Shown: positions 42,901-56,900 of the stretch, in pieces
How positions within the stretch are numbered: the first letter of the stretch is position 1
Layout: each line of letters opens with the position of its first letter
Assembly (NCBI RefSeq): GCF_009914755.1
Contig: NC_060933.1
Strand: one strand, 5' to 3'
Length of the DNA: 64,000 nt
Origin: the human T2T-CHM13v2.0 reference genome, Homo sapiens
Program-made: the position numbers and the translations under genes
Notes under the pieces: model-generated
Told to the model about the DNA's origin: nothing
Seen by the model: the letters and a program-made list of their open reading frames with translations, nothing else
The model's database searches: none

Positions 42901-43789
42901 TTCCATTCCATTCCATTCCAATCCATGCCATTCCACTCGTGTTGATTCCATTCTTTCCATTCCATTCAAGTTGAATCCATTACATTGCATTCCATTCCAT
43001 TCGATTCCATTCGATTGCACTCGGGTTGATTCCATTCCATTGCATTCCATTCCATTCCATTCCATTCCATTCCATTCCGTAGCATTCCATTCCATTACAT
43101 TCGGATTGATTCTATTCAACTCCCTTACTCTCCATTACATTCCATTCCATTCGGGTTGTTCCATTCCATTCCATTCCATTCCACTCCATTCCATTGCACT
43201 CGGGTTGATTCCATTCCATTCCATTGCATTCCATTCCATTCCATTCCATTCCGGATGATTCCATTCCATTGCATTCCGTTCCATTACATTCCCCTGCACT
43301 CGCGTTGATTCCATTCCATTCCATTCCATTCCATTCCATTCCATTCCATTCCATTACAATTCGTTCCATTCCATTCTATTCCGTACCATTCCATTCCATT
43401 CCATACCATTTCATTCCATTCCATTCCATTCCATTCCGTTCCATTCCATTCCATTCCATTCTATTCGGATTAATTCCATTCCATTCCTTTCCATTCCATT
43501 CTATTCCATTCCATTGCAATCGAGTTGAATCCATTGCATTTCATTCCATTCCATTCCATTTCATTCCATTCCAGAAGATTCCATTCCATTGCATTCCATT
43601 CCATTCCATTCCCCTGCACTCGCGTTGATTCCATTCCATTCCATTCCATTCCATTCCATTCCATTCCATTCCGTTCCCTTCCATTCCATTCCATTCCATT
43701 CCATTCCATTCCGTTCCGTTCCATTCCATTCCATTCCATTCTATTCGGGTTAATTCCATTCCATTCCATTCGATTGCAATCGAGTTGAT

Positions 43790-45300
43790 TCCATTCCATT
43801 CCATTCCATTCCACTCCATTCCATTGCACTCGGGTTGATTCCATTCCATTCCATTCCATTCCATTCCATTCCATTCCATTCCATTCCATTCCGGAAGATT
43901 CCTTTCCATTGCATTCCATTCCATTCCATTCCCCTGCACTCGCGTTGATTCCATTCCATTCCATTCTATTCCATTCCATTCCCTTCCTTTCCGTTCCATT
44001 CCATTCCATTCCATTCCATTCCATTCCATTCCATTCCGTTCCGTTCCATTCCATTCCATTCCATTCTATTCGGTTAATTCCATTCCATTCCATTCGATTG
44101 CAATCGAGTTGATTCCATTCCATTCCATTCCATTCCATTCCATTCCATTCCATTCCTTTCCATTCCATTACGGATGATTCCATTCCATTGCATTCCATTC
44201 CATTCCATTCCCCTGTACTCGGGTTGATTCCATTCCATTCCATTCCAATCCATGCCATTCCACTCGTGTTGATTCCATTCTTTCCATTCCATTCAAGTTG
44301 AATCCATTCCATTGCATTCCATTCCATTCGATTCCATTCGATTGCACTCGGGTTGATTCCATTCCATTCCATTCCATTCCATTCCATTCCATTCCGTTCC
44401 ATTCCATTCCATTACATTCGGATTGATTCTATTCAATTCCCTTACACTCCATTACATTCCATTCCATTCGGGTAGTTTCTATTCCATTCCATTCCATTCC
44501 TCTCCTTTCCATTGCACTCGGGTTGATTCCATTCCATTGCATTCCATTCCATTCCATTCAATTCCATTCCGTTCCATTCCATTCCATTACATTCGGATTG
44601 ATTCTATTCAACTCCCTTACTCTCGATTACATTCCATTCCATTCGGGTTGTTCCATTCCATTCCATTCCATTCCACTCCATTCCATTGCACTCGGGTTGA
44701 TTCCATTCCATTCCATTGCATTCCATTCCATTCCATTCCATTCCGGAAGATTCCTTTCCATTGCATTCCATTCCATTCCATTCCCCTGCACTCGCGTTGA
44801 TTCCATTCCATTCCATTCTATTCCATTCCATTCCCTTCCTTTCCGTTCCATTCCATTCCATTCCATTCCATTCCATTCCATTCCATTCCGTTCCGTTCCA
44901 TTCCATTCCATTCCATTCTATTCGGTTAATTCCATTCCATTCCATTCGATTGCAATCGAGTTGATTCCATTCCATTCCATTCCATTCCATTCCATTCCAT
45001 TCCTTTCCATTCCATTACGGATGATTCCATTCCATTGAATTCCATTCCATTCCATTCCCCTGTACTCGGGTTGATTCCATTCCATTCCATTCCAATCCAT
45101 GCCATTCCACTCGTGTTGATTCCATTCTTTCCATCCAATTCAAGTTGAATCCATTCCATTGCATTCCATTCCATTCGATTCCATTCGATTGCACTCGGGT
45201 TGATTCCATTCCATTGCATTCCATTCCATTCCATTCCATTCCATTCCATTCCGTTCCATTCCATTTCATTACATACAGATTTATGCTATTCAATTCCCTT
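43790..45300 (+). repeat. Nested ~852 bp tandem duplication inside the 8.57 kb unit (also at about 52365-53870)
   Basis: The private 1-bp-deleted motif CTATTCGGTTAA has its CGG at 44071 and 44923, and again at 52642 and 53494 (period 852 in both). GGAAGATTCCTTTCC occurs at 43893 and 44745. Confidence 0.85.
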
Positions 45301-45359
45301 ACACTCCATTATATTCCAATCCATTCTGGTTGTTTCCATTCCATTCCATTCCATTTCAC

Positions 45360-48300
45360 TCCATTCCATTGCATTCCATTCCATTCCATTCCATTCCATT
45401 CCATTCCATTCCATTCCATTCCATTCCGTTCCATTCCATTACATTCGGATTGATTGTATTCAAGTCCCTTACTCTCCATTACATTCCATTCCATTCGGGT
45501 TTTTCCATTCCATTCCATTCCATTCCACTCCATTCCTTTGCACTCGGGTTGTTTCCATTCCATTCCATTCGATTCCATTCCATTCCAATTCATTCCATTC
45601 CATTCTATTCCGTACCATTCCATTCCATTCCGTACAATTCCATTCCATTCCATTCCACTCCGTTCCGTTCCGTTCCGTTCCGTTCCGTTCCATTCCATTC
45701 CATTCCATTCTATTCGGTTTAATTCCATTCCATTCCATTCCATTCCATTCCATACAATTCCATTCCATTCCATTCCATTCCGTTCCTTTCCGTTCCGTTC
45801 CGTTCCATTCCGTTCCGTTCCATTCCATTCCATTCCATTCTATTTGGGTTAATTGCATTCCATTCCATTCGATTGCAATCGAGTTGATTCCATTCCATTC
45901 CATTCCATTCCGTTCCGGATGATTCCATTCTATTGCATTCCATTCCATTCCATTCCCCTGCAGTCGGGTTGATTCCATTCCATTCCATTCCATTCCATTC
46001 CGTTCCATTCCATTCCATTCCATTCTATTCGGGTTAATTCCATTCCATTCCTTTCCATTCCATTCCATTCCATTCCAATCGAGTTGATTCCATTCCATTC
46101 CATTCCATTCCATTCCACTCCATTCCAGTCCTTTCCATTCCATTACACTCGGGTTGATTCCATTCTATTCCTTTCCATTCCATTCCATTCCATTGCAATC
46201 GAGTTGATTCCATTGCTTTGCATTCCATTCCATTCCATTCCATTCCGGATGATTCCATTCCATTGCATTCCATTCCATTCCATTCCCCTGCACTCGGGTT
46301 GATTCCATTCCATTCCACTCCATTCCGTTCCATTCTAGTCCATTCCATTGTATTCGGGTTAATTCCATTCCATTCCATTCCATTCCATTCCATTACAATG
46401 TAGTTGATTCCATTCAATTCCATTCCATTCCATTCCATTCCAGTCCTTTCCATTCCATTCCACTCGGGTTGATTCCATTCTATTAGTTTCCATTCCATTC
46501 CATTCCCTTCCATTCCAATCTGGTTGATTCCATTCCTTTCCATTCCACTCGAATACATTCCCTCCTATTCCACTCAGAACGATTCCATTCCATTCCATTC
46601 CATTCCATTCCATTCCAGTTCGTTCCATTCCATTCTATTCCGTACCATTCTATTCCATTTCATTCCTTTCCATTCCATTCCATTCCACTCGTGGTGATTC
46701 CATTCCTTTCCATTCCATTCGGTTTGAAGGCATTCCATTCCATTCAACTCCATTCCATTCCATTCCATTCCATTCCATTCCATTCCATTCCATTCCATTG
46801 TACTCGAGTTGATTCCATTCCATTACATTCAATTCCATTCCATTCCATTCCATTGTACTCGAGTTGATTCCATTCCATTGCATTCCATTCCATTCCATTC
46901 CATTCCATTCCGTTGCATTCCATTCCATTACATTCGGATTGATTCTATTCAACTCCCTTACTCTCCATTACATTCCATTCCATTCGGGTTGTTCCATTCC
47001 ATTCCATTCCATTCCACTCCATTCCATTGCACTCGGGTTGATTCCATTCCATTCCATTCCATTCCATTCCGGATGATTCCATTCCATTGCATTCCGTTCC
47101 ATTACATTTCCCTGCACTCGCGTTGATTCCATTCCATTCCATTCCATTCCATTCCATTCCATTCCATTCAATTCCATTCCATTGCAATTCGTTCCATTCC
47201 ATTCTATTCCGTACCATTCCATTCCATTCCATACCATTCCATTCCATTCCGTTCCATTCTTTTCCTTTCCATTCCATTCCATTCTATTCGGATTAATTCC
47301 ATTCCATTCCATTCCATTCCATTCTATTCCATTCCATTGCAATCGAGTTGAATCCATTGCATTTCATTCCATTCCATTCCATTCCATTCCATTCCATTCC
47401 GGAAGATTCCATTCCATTGCATTCCATTCCATACCATTCCCCTGCACTCGCGTTGATTCCATTCCATTCCATTCCATTCCATTCCATTCTGTTCCGTTCA
47501 ATTCCATTCCATTCCATTCCATTCCATTCCATTCCGTTCCGTTCCATTCCATTCCATTCCATTCTATTCGGGTTAATTCCATTCCATTCCATTCGATTGC
47601 AATCGAGTTGATTCCATTCCATTCCATTCCATTCCATTCCATTCCATTCCTTTCCATTCCATTACGGATGATTCCATTCCATTGCATTCCATTCCATTCC
47701 ATTCCCCTGTACTCGGGTTGATTCCATTCCATTCCATTCCAATCCATGCCATTCCACTCGTGTTGATTCCATTCTTTCCATTCCATTCAAGTTGAATCCA
47801 TTCCATTGCATTCCATTCCATTCGATTCCATTCAATTGCACTCGGGTTGATTCCATTACATTGCATTCCATTCCATTCCATTCCATTCCATTCCATTCCA
47901 TTCCAGTCCGTTCCATTCCATTCCATTACATTCGGATTGATTCTATTCAATTCCCTTACACTCCATTACATTCCATTCCATTCGGGTAGTTTCCATTCCA
48001 TTCCATTCCATTCCTCTCCATTCCATTGCTCTCGGGTTGATTCCATTCCATTGCATTCCATTCCATTCCATTCAATTCCATTCCGTTCCATTCCATTCCA
48101 TTACATTCGGATTGATTCTATTCAACTCCCTTACTCTCCATTACATTCCGTTCCATTCGGGTTGTTCCATTCCATTCCATTCCATTCCACTCCATTCCAC
48201 TGCACTCGGGTTGATTCCATTCCATTCCATTCCATTCCATTCCATTCCGGAAGATTCCATTCCATTGCATTTCATTCCATTCCATTCCCCTGCACTCACG

Positions 48301-51300
48301 TTGATTCCATTCCATTCCATTCTATTCCATTCCATTCCTTTCCTTTCCGTTCCATTCCATTCCATTCCATTCCATTCCGTTCCGTTCCGTTCCATTCCAT
48401 TCCATTCCATTCTATTTGGGTTAATTCCATTCCATTCCATTCGATTGCAATCGAGTTGATTCTATTCTATTCCATTCCATTCCATTCCATTCCATTCCAT
48501 TCCTTTCCATTCCATTACGGATGATTCCATTCCATTGCATTCCATTCCATTCCATTCCCCTGTACTCGGGTTGACTCCATTCCATTCCATTCCAATCCAT
48601 GCCATTCTACTCGTGTTGATTCCATTCTTTCCATTCCATTCAAGTTGAATCCATTCCATTGCATTCCATTCCATTCCATACCCCTGCAGTCTGGTTGATT
48701 CCATTCCATTCCATTCCATTCCATTCCATTCAATTCCTTTCCGTTCCGTTCCGTTCCATTCCATTCCATTCCATTCTATTCGGGTTAAGTCCATTCCATT
48801 CCATTCCATTCCATTCCATTCCATTCCATTCCATTCCAATCGAGTTGATTCCATTCCATTCCATTCCATTCCATTCCACTCCATTCCAGTCCTTTCCATT
48901 CCATTCCACTCGGGTTGATTCCAATGTATTCCTTTCCATTCCATTCCATTCCATTGCAATCGAGTTGATTCCATTGCTTTGCATTCCATTCCATTCCATT
49001 CCATTCCGGATGACTCCATTCCATTGCATTCCATTCCATTGCATTCCCCTGCACTCGGGTTGATTCCATTCCATTCCACTCCATTCCGTTGCATTCCATT
49101 CCATTCCATTGTATTCGGGTTAATTCCATTCCATTCCATTCCATTCCATTCCATTCCATTCCATTCTATTACAATCGAGTTGATTCCATTCCATTCCACT
49201 CCATTCCATTCCAGTCCTTTCCATTCCATTCCACTCGGGTTGATTCCATTCTATTAGTTTCCATTCCATTCCGTTCCCTTCCATTCCACTCTGGTTGATT
49301 CCATTCCTTTCCATTCCACTCGAATACATTCCCTCCTATTCCACTCGGAACGATTCCATTCCATTCCATTCCATTCCATTCCATTCCATTCCATTTCATT
49401 CCATTCCATTTCGTTCCATTACATTCTATTCCGTATCATTCCATTCCATTCCATTCCATTCCATTCCATTCCATTCCATTCCACTCGTGTTGATTCCATT
49501 CCTTTCCATTCCATTCGGTTTGAAGGCATTCCATTCCATTCCATTCCATTCCATTCCATTCCATTCCATTCCATTGTACTCGGGTTGATTCCATTCCATT
49601 GCATTCCATCCCATTCCATTCCATTCCAATCCGTTGCATTCCATTCCATTACATTCGGATTGATTCTATTGAACTCCCTTACTCTCCATTACATTCCAAT
49701 CCATTCGGGTTGTTCCATTCCATTCCATTCCATTCCACTCCATTCCATTGCACTCGGGTTGATTCCATTCCTTTCCATTCCATTCCATTCCATTCCGGAT
49801 GATTCCATTCCATTGCATTCCGTTCCATTACATTCCCCTGCACTCGCGTTGATTCCATTCCATTCTATTCCATTCCATTCCATTCCATTCCATTCCATTA
49901 GAATTCGTTCCATTCCATTCTATTCCGTACCATTCCATTCCATTCCATACCATTCCATTCTATTCCATTCCATTCCATTCCATTTCGTTCCATTCCGTTC
50001 CATTCCATTCCATTCCATTCTATTCGGGTTAATTCCATTCCATTCCATTCCATTCCATTCCATTCCATTCCATTCCATTCCATTTCATTGCAATCGAGTT
50101 GATTCCATTGCATTCCATTCCATTCCATTCCAGTCCTTTCCATTCCATTCCACTCGGGTTGATTCCATTCCATTCCATTCCGTTCCATTCCGGATGACTC
50201 CATTCCATTGCATTCCATTCCATTCCATTCCCCTGCACTCGGTTTCATTACATTCCATTCCATTCACTTCCATTCCATTCCATTCCATTCCATTCCATTC
50301 CATTCCATTCCATTCCATTCCATTTCAATCGAGTTGATTCCATTCCATTCTATTCCGTACCATTCCATTCCATTCCATTCCATTCCATTCCATTCCATTC
50401 CATTCCATTTCCTTCCATTCCATTCCATTCCATTCCATTCCATTCCATTGCATTCCATTCCATTGTATTAGGGTTAATTCCATTCCATTCCATTCCATTC
50501 CATTCCATTCCATGCCATTCCACTCGGGTTGATTCCATTCCTTTCCATTCCATTCGAGTTGAATCCATTCCATTCCATTCCATTCCATTCCATTCCATTG
50601 CACACAGGTTCATTTCATTCCATTCCATTCCATTCCATTTCGTTCCTTTCCATTCTATTCCATACGATTCCATTCCATTCCATTCCATTAGACTCCATTC
50701 CATGCCATTCCACTCGGTTTTATTCCATTCGTTTCCATTCCATTCGGGTTGAATCCATTGCATTCCATTCCATTCGATTCCATTACATTGCACTCGTGTT
50801 GTTTCCATTCCATTCCATTCCATTCTATTGCATTCCATTCCATTCCATTCCATTCCATGCCATTCCACTCGGTTTGATTTCATTCCATTCCGTTCCATTC
50901 GAGTCGAACCCATTCCATTCCATTCCATTCCATTCCAATCCATTGCACACGGGTTCATTCCATTCCATACCATTCCATTCCATTCCATTTCGTTCCATTC
51001 CATTCTATTCGGTACCATTCCATTCCATTCCATTCGGTTCCATTCCATTCCATTCCATTCCAATCCATTCCAATCCATGCCATTCCACTTGGGTTGATTC
51101 CCTTCCTTTCCATTCCATTCGGGTTGAATCCATTCCATTCCATTCCATTCCATTCCATTCCATTCCATTCCTTTCAATTCCATTGCACACGGGTTGGTTC
51201 CATTCCATTCTTTCCGTTCCATTCCGGATGACTCCATTCCATTGCATTCCATTCCATTCCATTCCCCTGCACTCGGGTTCATTACCTTCCATTCCATTTA

Positions 51301-53944
51301 CTTCCATTCCATTCCATTCCATTCTATTCGGGTTAATTCCATTCCATTCCATTCCATTCCATTCCATTCCATTCCATTCCATTGCAATCGAGTTGATTCC
51401 ATTCCATTCCATTCAATTCCGGATGATTCCATTCCATTGCCTTCAATTCCATTCCATTCCCCTGCACTCGGGTTGATTCCATTCCATTCCATTCCAATCC
51501 ATGCCATTCCACTCGTGTTGATTCCATTCTTTCCATTCCATTCAAGTTGAATCCATTACATTGCATTCCATTCCATTCGATTCCATTCGATTGCACTCGG
51601 GTTGATTCCATTCCATTGCATTCCATTCCATTCCATTCCATTCCATTCCATTCCGTAGCATTCCATTCCATTACATTCGGATTGATTCTATTCAACTCCC
51701 TTACTCTCCATTACATTCCATTCCATTCGGGTTGTTCCATTCCATTCCATTCCATTCCACTCCATTCCATTGCACTCGGGTTGATTCCATTCCATTCCAT
51801 TGCATTCCATTCCATTCCATTCCATTCCGGATGATTCCATTCCATTGCATTCCGTTCCATTACATTCCCCTGCACTCGCGTTGATTCCATTCCATTCCAT
51901 TCCATTCCATTCCATTCCATTCCATTCCATTACAATTCGTTCCATTCCATTCTATTCCGTACCATTCCATTCCATTCCATACCATTTCATTCCATTCCAT
52001 TCCATTCCATTCCGTTCCATTCCATTCCATTCCATTCTATTCGGATTAATTCCATTCCATTCCTTTCCATTCCATTCTATTCCATTCCATTGCAATCGAG
52101 TTGAATCCATTGCATTTCATTCCATTCCATTCCATTTCATTCCATTCCAGAAGATTCCATTCCATTGCATTCCATTCCATTCCATTCCCCTGCACTCGCG
52201 TTGATTCCATTCCATTCCATTCCATTCCATTCCATTCCATTCCATTCCGTTCCCTTCCATTCCATTCCATTCCATTCCATTCCATTCCGTTCCGTTCCAT
52301 TCCATTCCATTCCATTCTATTCGGGTTAATTCCATTCCATTCCATTCGATTGCAATCGAGTTGATTCCATTCCATTCCATTCCATTCCACTCCATTCCAT
52401 TGCACTCGGGTTGATTCCATTCCATTCCATTCCATTCCATTCCATTCCATTCCATTCCATTCCATTCCGGAAGATTCCTTTCCATTGCATTCCATTCCAT
52501 TCCATTCCCCTGCACTCGCGTTGATTCCATTCCATTCCATTCTATTCCATTCCATTCCCTTCCTTTCCGTTCCATTCCATTCCATTCCATTCCATTCCAT
52601 TCCATTCCGTTCCGTTCCATTCCATTCCATTCCATTCTATTCGGTTAATTCCATTCCATTCCATTCGATTGCAATCGAGTTGATTCCATTCCATTCCATT
52701 CCATTCCATTCCATTCCATTCCATTCCTTTCCATTCCATTACGGATGATTCCATTCCATTGCATTCCATTCCATTCCATTCCCCTGTACTCGGGTTGATT
52801 CCATTCCATTCCATTCCAATCCATGCCATTCCACTCGTGTTGATTCCATTCTTTCCATTCCATTCAAGTTGAATCCATTCCATTGCATTCCATTCCATTC
52901 GATTCCATTCGATTGCACTCGGGTTGATTCCATTCCATTCCATTCCATTCCATTCCATTCCATTCCGTTCCATTCCATTCCATTACATTCGGATTGATTC
53001 TATTCAATTCCCTTACACTCCATTACATTCCATTCCATTCGGGTAGTTTCTATTCCATTCCATTCCATTCCTCTCCTTTCCATTGCACTCGGGTTGATTC
53101 CATTCCATTGCATTCCATTCCATTCCATTCAATTCCATTCCGTTCCATTCCATTCCATTACATTCGGATTGATTCTATTCAACTCCCTTACTCTCGATTA
53201 CATTCCATTCCATTCGGGTTGTTCCATTCCATTCCATTCCATTCCACTCCATTCCATTGCACTCGGGTTGATTCCATTCCATTCCATTGCATTCCATTCC
53301 ATTCCATTCCATTCCGGAAGATTCCTTTCCATTGCATTCCATTCCATTCCATTCCCCTGCACTCGCGTTGATTCCATTCCATTCCATTCTATTCCATTCC
53401 ATTCCCTTCCTTTCCGTTCCATTCCATTCCATTCCATTCCATTCCATTCCATTCCATTCCGTTCCGTTCCATTCCATTCCATTCCATTCTATTCGGTTAA
53501 TTCCATTCCATTCCATTCGATTGCAATCGAGTTGATTCCATTCCATTCCATTCCATTCCATTCCATTCCATTCCTTTCCATTCCATTACGGATGATTCCA
53601 TTCCATTGAATTCCATTCCATTCCATTCCCCTGTACTCGGGTTGATTCCATTCCATTCCATTCCAATCCATGCCATTCCACTCGTGTTGATTCCATTCTT
53701 TCCATCCAATTCAAGTTGAATCCATTCCATTGCATTCCATTCCATTCGATTCCATTCGATTGCACTCGGGTTGATTCCATTCCATTGCATTCCATTCCAT
53801 TCCATTCCATTCCATTCCATTCCGTTCCATTCCATTTCATTACATACAGATTTATGCTATTCAATTCCCTTACACTCCATTATATTCCAATCCATTCTGG
53901 TTGTTTCCATTCCATTCCATTCCATTTCACTCCATTCCATTGCA
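45360..53944 (+). repeat. 8.57 kb tandem duplication, copy 2
   Basis: Colinear with 36784-45373. The only differences I saw are three single-pentamer indels (+5 near 47870, -5 near 50290, -5 near 52590). The junction lies in the shared 14-mer TCCATTCCATTGCA at 45360-45373. Confidence 0.95.
50080..51476 (+). repeat. Divergent HSat3 sub-block (second copy, within the 8.57 kb duplication)
   Basis: Same motifs as 41500-42900 at an offset of about 8576; ORF translations 41953..42900 and 50529..51476 are identical. Confidence 0.75.
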
Positions 53945-56900
53945 CTCGGGTTGATTCCATTCCATTCCATTCTATTGCATTCCATTCCATTCCATTCCGG
54001 ATGATTCCATTCTATTGCATTCCATTCCATTCCATTCCCCTGCACTCGGGTTGATTCCATTCTATTCCATTACATTCGGATTGATTCTATTCAACTCCCT
54101 TACTCTCCATTACATTCCATTCCATTCTGGTTGTTCCATTCCATTCCATTCCATTCCACTCCATTCCATTGCACTCAGGTTGACTCCATTCCATTCCATT
54201 CCATTCCATTCCATTCCATTCCATTCCATTCCGGATGATTACATTCCATTGCATTCCTTTCCATTCCATTCCCCTGTACTCGGGTTTATTCCATTCCATT
54301 CCATTCCAATCCATGCCATTCCACTCGTGTTGATTCCATTCTTTCCATTCCATTCAAGTTGAATCCATTCCATTGCATTCCATTCCATTCCATTCCCCTC
54401 CAGTCGCGTTGATTCCATTCCATTCCATTCCATTCCATTCCATTCCATTCCGTTCTTTTCCATTCCATTCCATTCCTTTCTATTCATGTTAATTCCATTC
54501 CATTCCATTCCATTCCATTCCAATCAAGTTGATTCCATTCCATTCCATTCCATTCCATTCCATTCCATTCCACTCCACTCCAGTCCTTTCCATTCCATTC
54601 CACTCGGGTTGATTCCAATGTATTCCTTTCCATTCCATTCCATTCCATTGCAATCAAGTTGATTCCATTGCTTTGCATTCCATTCCATTCCATTCCATTC
54701 CGGATGATTCCATTCCATTGCATTCCATTCCATTCCATTCCCCTGCTCTCGGGTTGATTCCATTCCATTCCACTCCATTCCGTTCCATTCCATTCCATTC
54801 CATTGTATTAGGGTTAATTCCATTCCATTCCATTCCATTCCATTCCATTACAATCGAGTTGATTCCATTCCATTCCATTCCATTCCAGTCCTTTCCATTC
54901 CATTCCACTCGGGTTGATTCCATTCTATTAGTTTCCATTCCATTCCATTCCCTTCCATTCCACTCTGGTTGATACCATTCCTTTCCATTCCACTCGAATA
55001 CATTCCCTCCTATTCCACTCGGAACGATTGCATTCCATTCCATTCCATTCCATTCCATTCCATTTCGTTCCATTGCATTCTATTCCGTATCATTCCATTG
55101 CATTGCATTCCATTCCATTCCATTCCATTCCATTCCGTTGCATTCCATTCCATTACATTCGGATTGATTCTATTCAACTCCCTTACTCTCCATTACATTC
55201 CATTCCATTCGGGTTGTTCCATTCCATTCCATTCCATTCCACTCCATTCCATTGCACTCGGGTTGATTCCATTCCATTCCATTGCATTCCATTCCATTCC
55301 ATTCCATTCCGGATGATTCCATTCCATTGCATTCCGTTCCATTACATTCCCCTGCACTCGCGTTGATTCCATTCCATTCCATTCCATTCCATTCCATTCC
55401 ATTCCATTCCATTCCATTACAATTCGTTCCATTCCATTCTATTCCGTACCATTCCATTCCATTCCATACCATTCCATTCCATTCCATTCCATTCCATTCC
55501 ATTCCGTTCCATTCCGTTCCATTCCATTCCATTCCATTCTATTCGGATTAATTCCATTCCATTCCTTTCCATTCCATTCTATTCCATTCCATTGCAATCG
55601 AGTTGAATCCATTGCATTTCATTCCATTCCATTCCATTCCAGAAGATTCCATTCCATTGCATTCCATTCCATTCCATTCCCCTGCACTCGCGTTGATTCC
55701 ATTCCATTCCATTCCATTCCATTCCATTCCATTCCATTCCATTTCTTTCCATTCCATTCTATTCCGTATCATTCCATTCCATTCCATTCCATTCCATTCC
55801 ATTCCATTCCACTCGTGTTGATTCCATTCCTTTCCATTCCATTCGGTTTGAAGGTATTCCATTCCATTCCATTCCATTCCATTTCATTCCATTCCATTCC
55901 ATTGTACTCGGGTTGAATCCATTCCATTACATTCCATTCCATTCCATTCCATTCCTTTCCATTCCTTTGCATTCCATTCCATTACATTCGGATTGATTCT
56001 ATTCAACTCCCTTACTCTCCATTACATTCCATTCCATTCGGGTTGTTCCATTCCATTCCATTCCATTCCACTCTATTCCGTTGCACTCGGGTTGATTCCA
56101 TTCCATTCCATTCCATTCCATTCCATTCCGGATGATTCCATTCCATTGCATTCCGTTCCATTACCTTCCCCTGCACTCGCGTTGATTCCATTCCATTCCA
56201 TTCCATTCCATTCAGTTCCATTCCATTACAATTCGTTCCATTCCATTCTATTCCGTACCATTCCATTCCATTCCATACCATTCCATTCCATTCCATTCCA
56301 TTCCATTCCATTCCGTTCCATTCCGTCCCATTCCATTCCATTCCATTCTATTCGGGTTAATTCCATTCCATTCCATTCCATTCCATTCCATTCTATTCCA
56401 TTCCATTGCAATCGAGTTGAATCCATTGCATTTCATTCCATTCCATTCCATTCCATTCCATTCCATTCCATTCCGGAAGATTACATTCCATTGCATTCCA
56501 TTCCATTCCATTCCCCTGCACTCGCGTTGATTCCATTCCATTCCATTCCATCCATTCCGTTCCGTTCCGTTCCATTCCATTCCATTCCATTCCATTGCAT
56601 TCCATTCCGTTCCGTTCCATTCCGTTCCATTCCATTCTATTCGGGTTAATTCCATTCCATTCCATTCGATTGCAATCGAGTTGATTCCATTCCATTCCAT
56701 TCCATTCCATTCCATTCCATTCCGGAAGATTCCATTCCACTGCATTCCATTCCATTCCATTCCCCTGCACTCGCCTTGATTCCATTCCTTTCCATTCCAT
56801 TCCATTCCATCCATTCCGTTCCGTTCCGTTCCATTCCATTCCATTCCATTCCATTCCAATCCATTCCATTCCGTTCCGTTCCGTTCCATTCCATTCCATT

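Larger units (their letters stand above)
36784..45359 (+). repeat. 8.57 kb tandem duplication, copy 1
   Basis: Identical ORF translations at offset 8576 (36878/45454, 37458/46034, 41774/50350), 8581 (39456/48037) and 8571 (44074/52645). Shared private markers include GATTGTATTCAAGTCCC, GAGTCGAACC and GGTACC. Confidence 0.95.
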
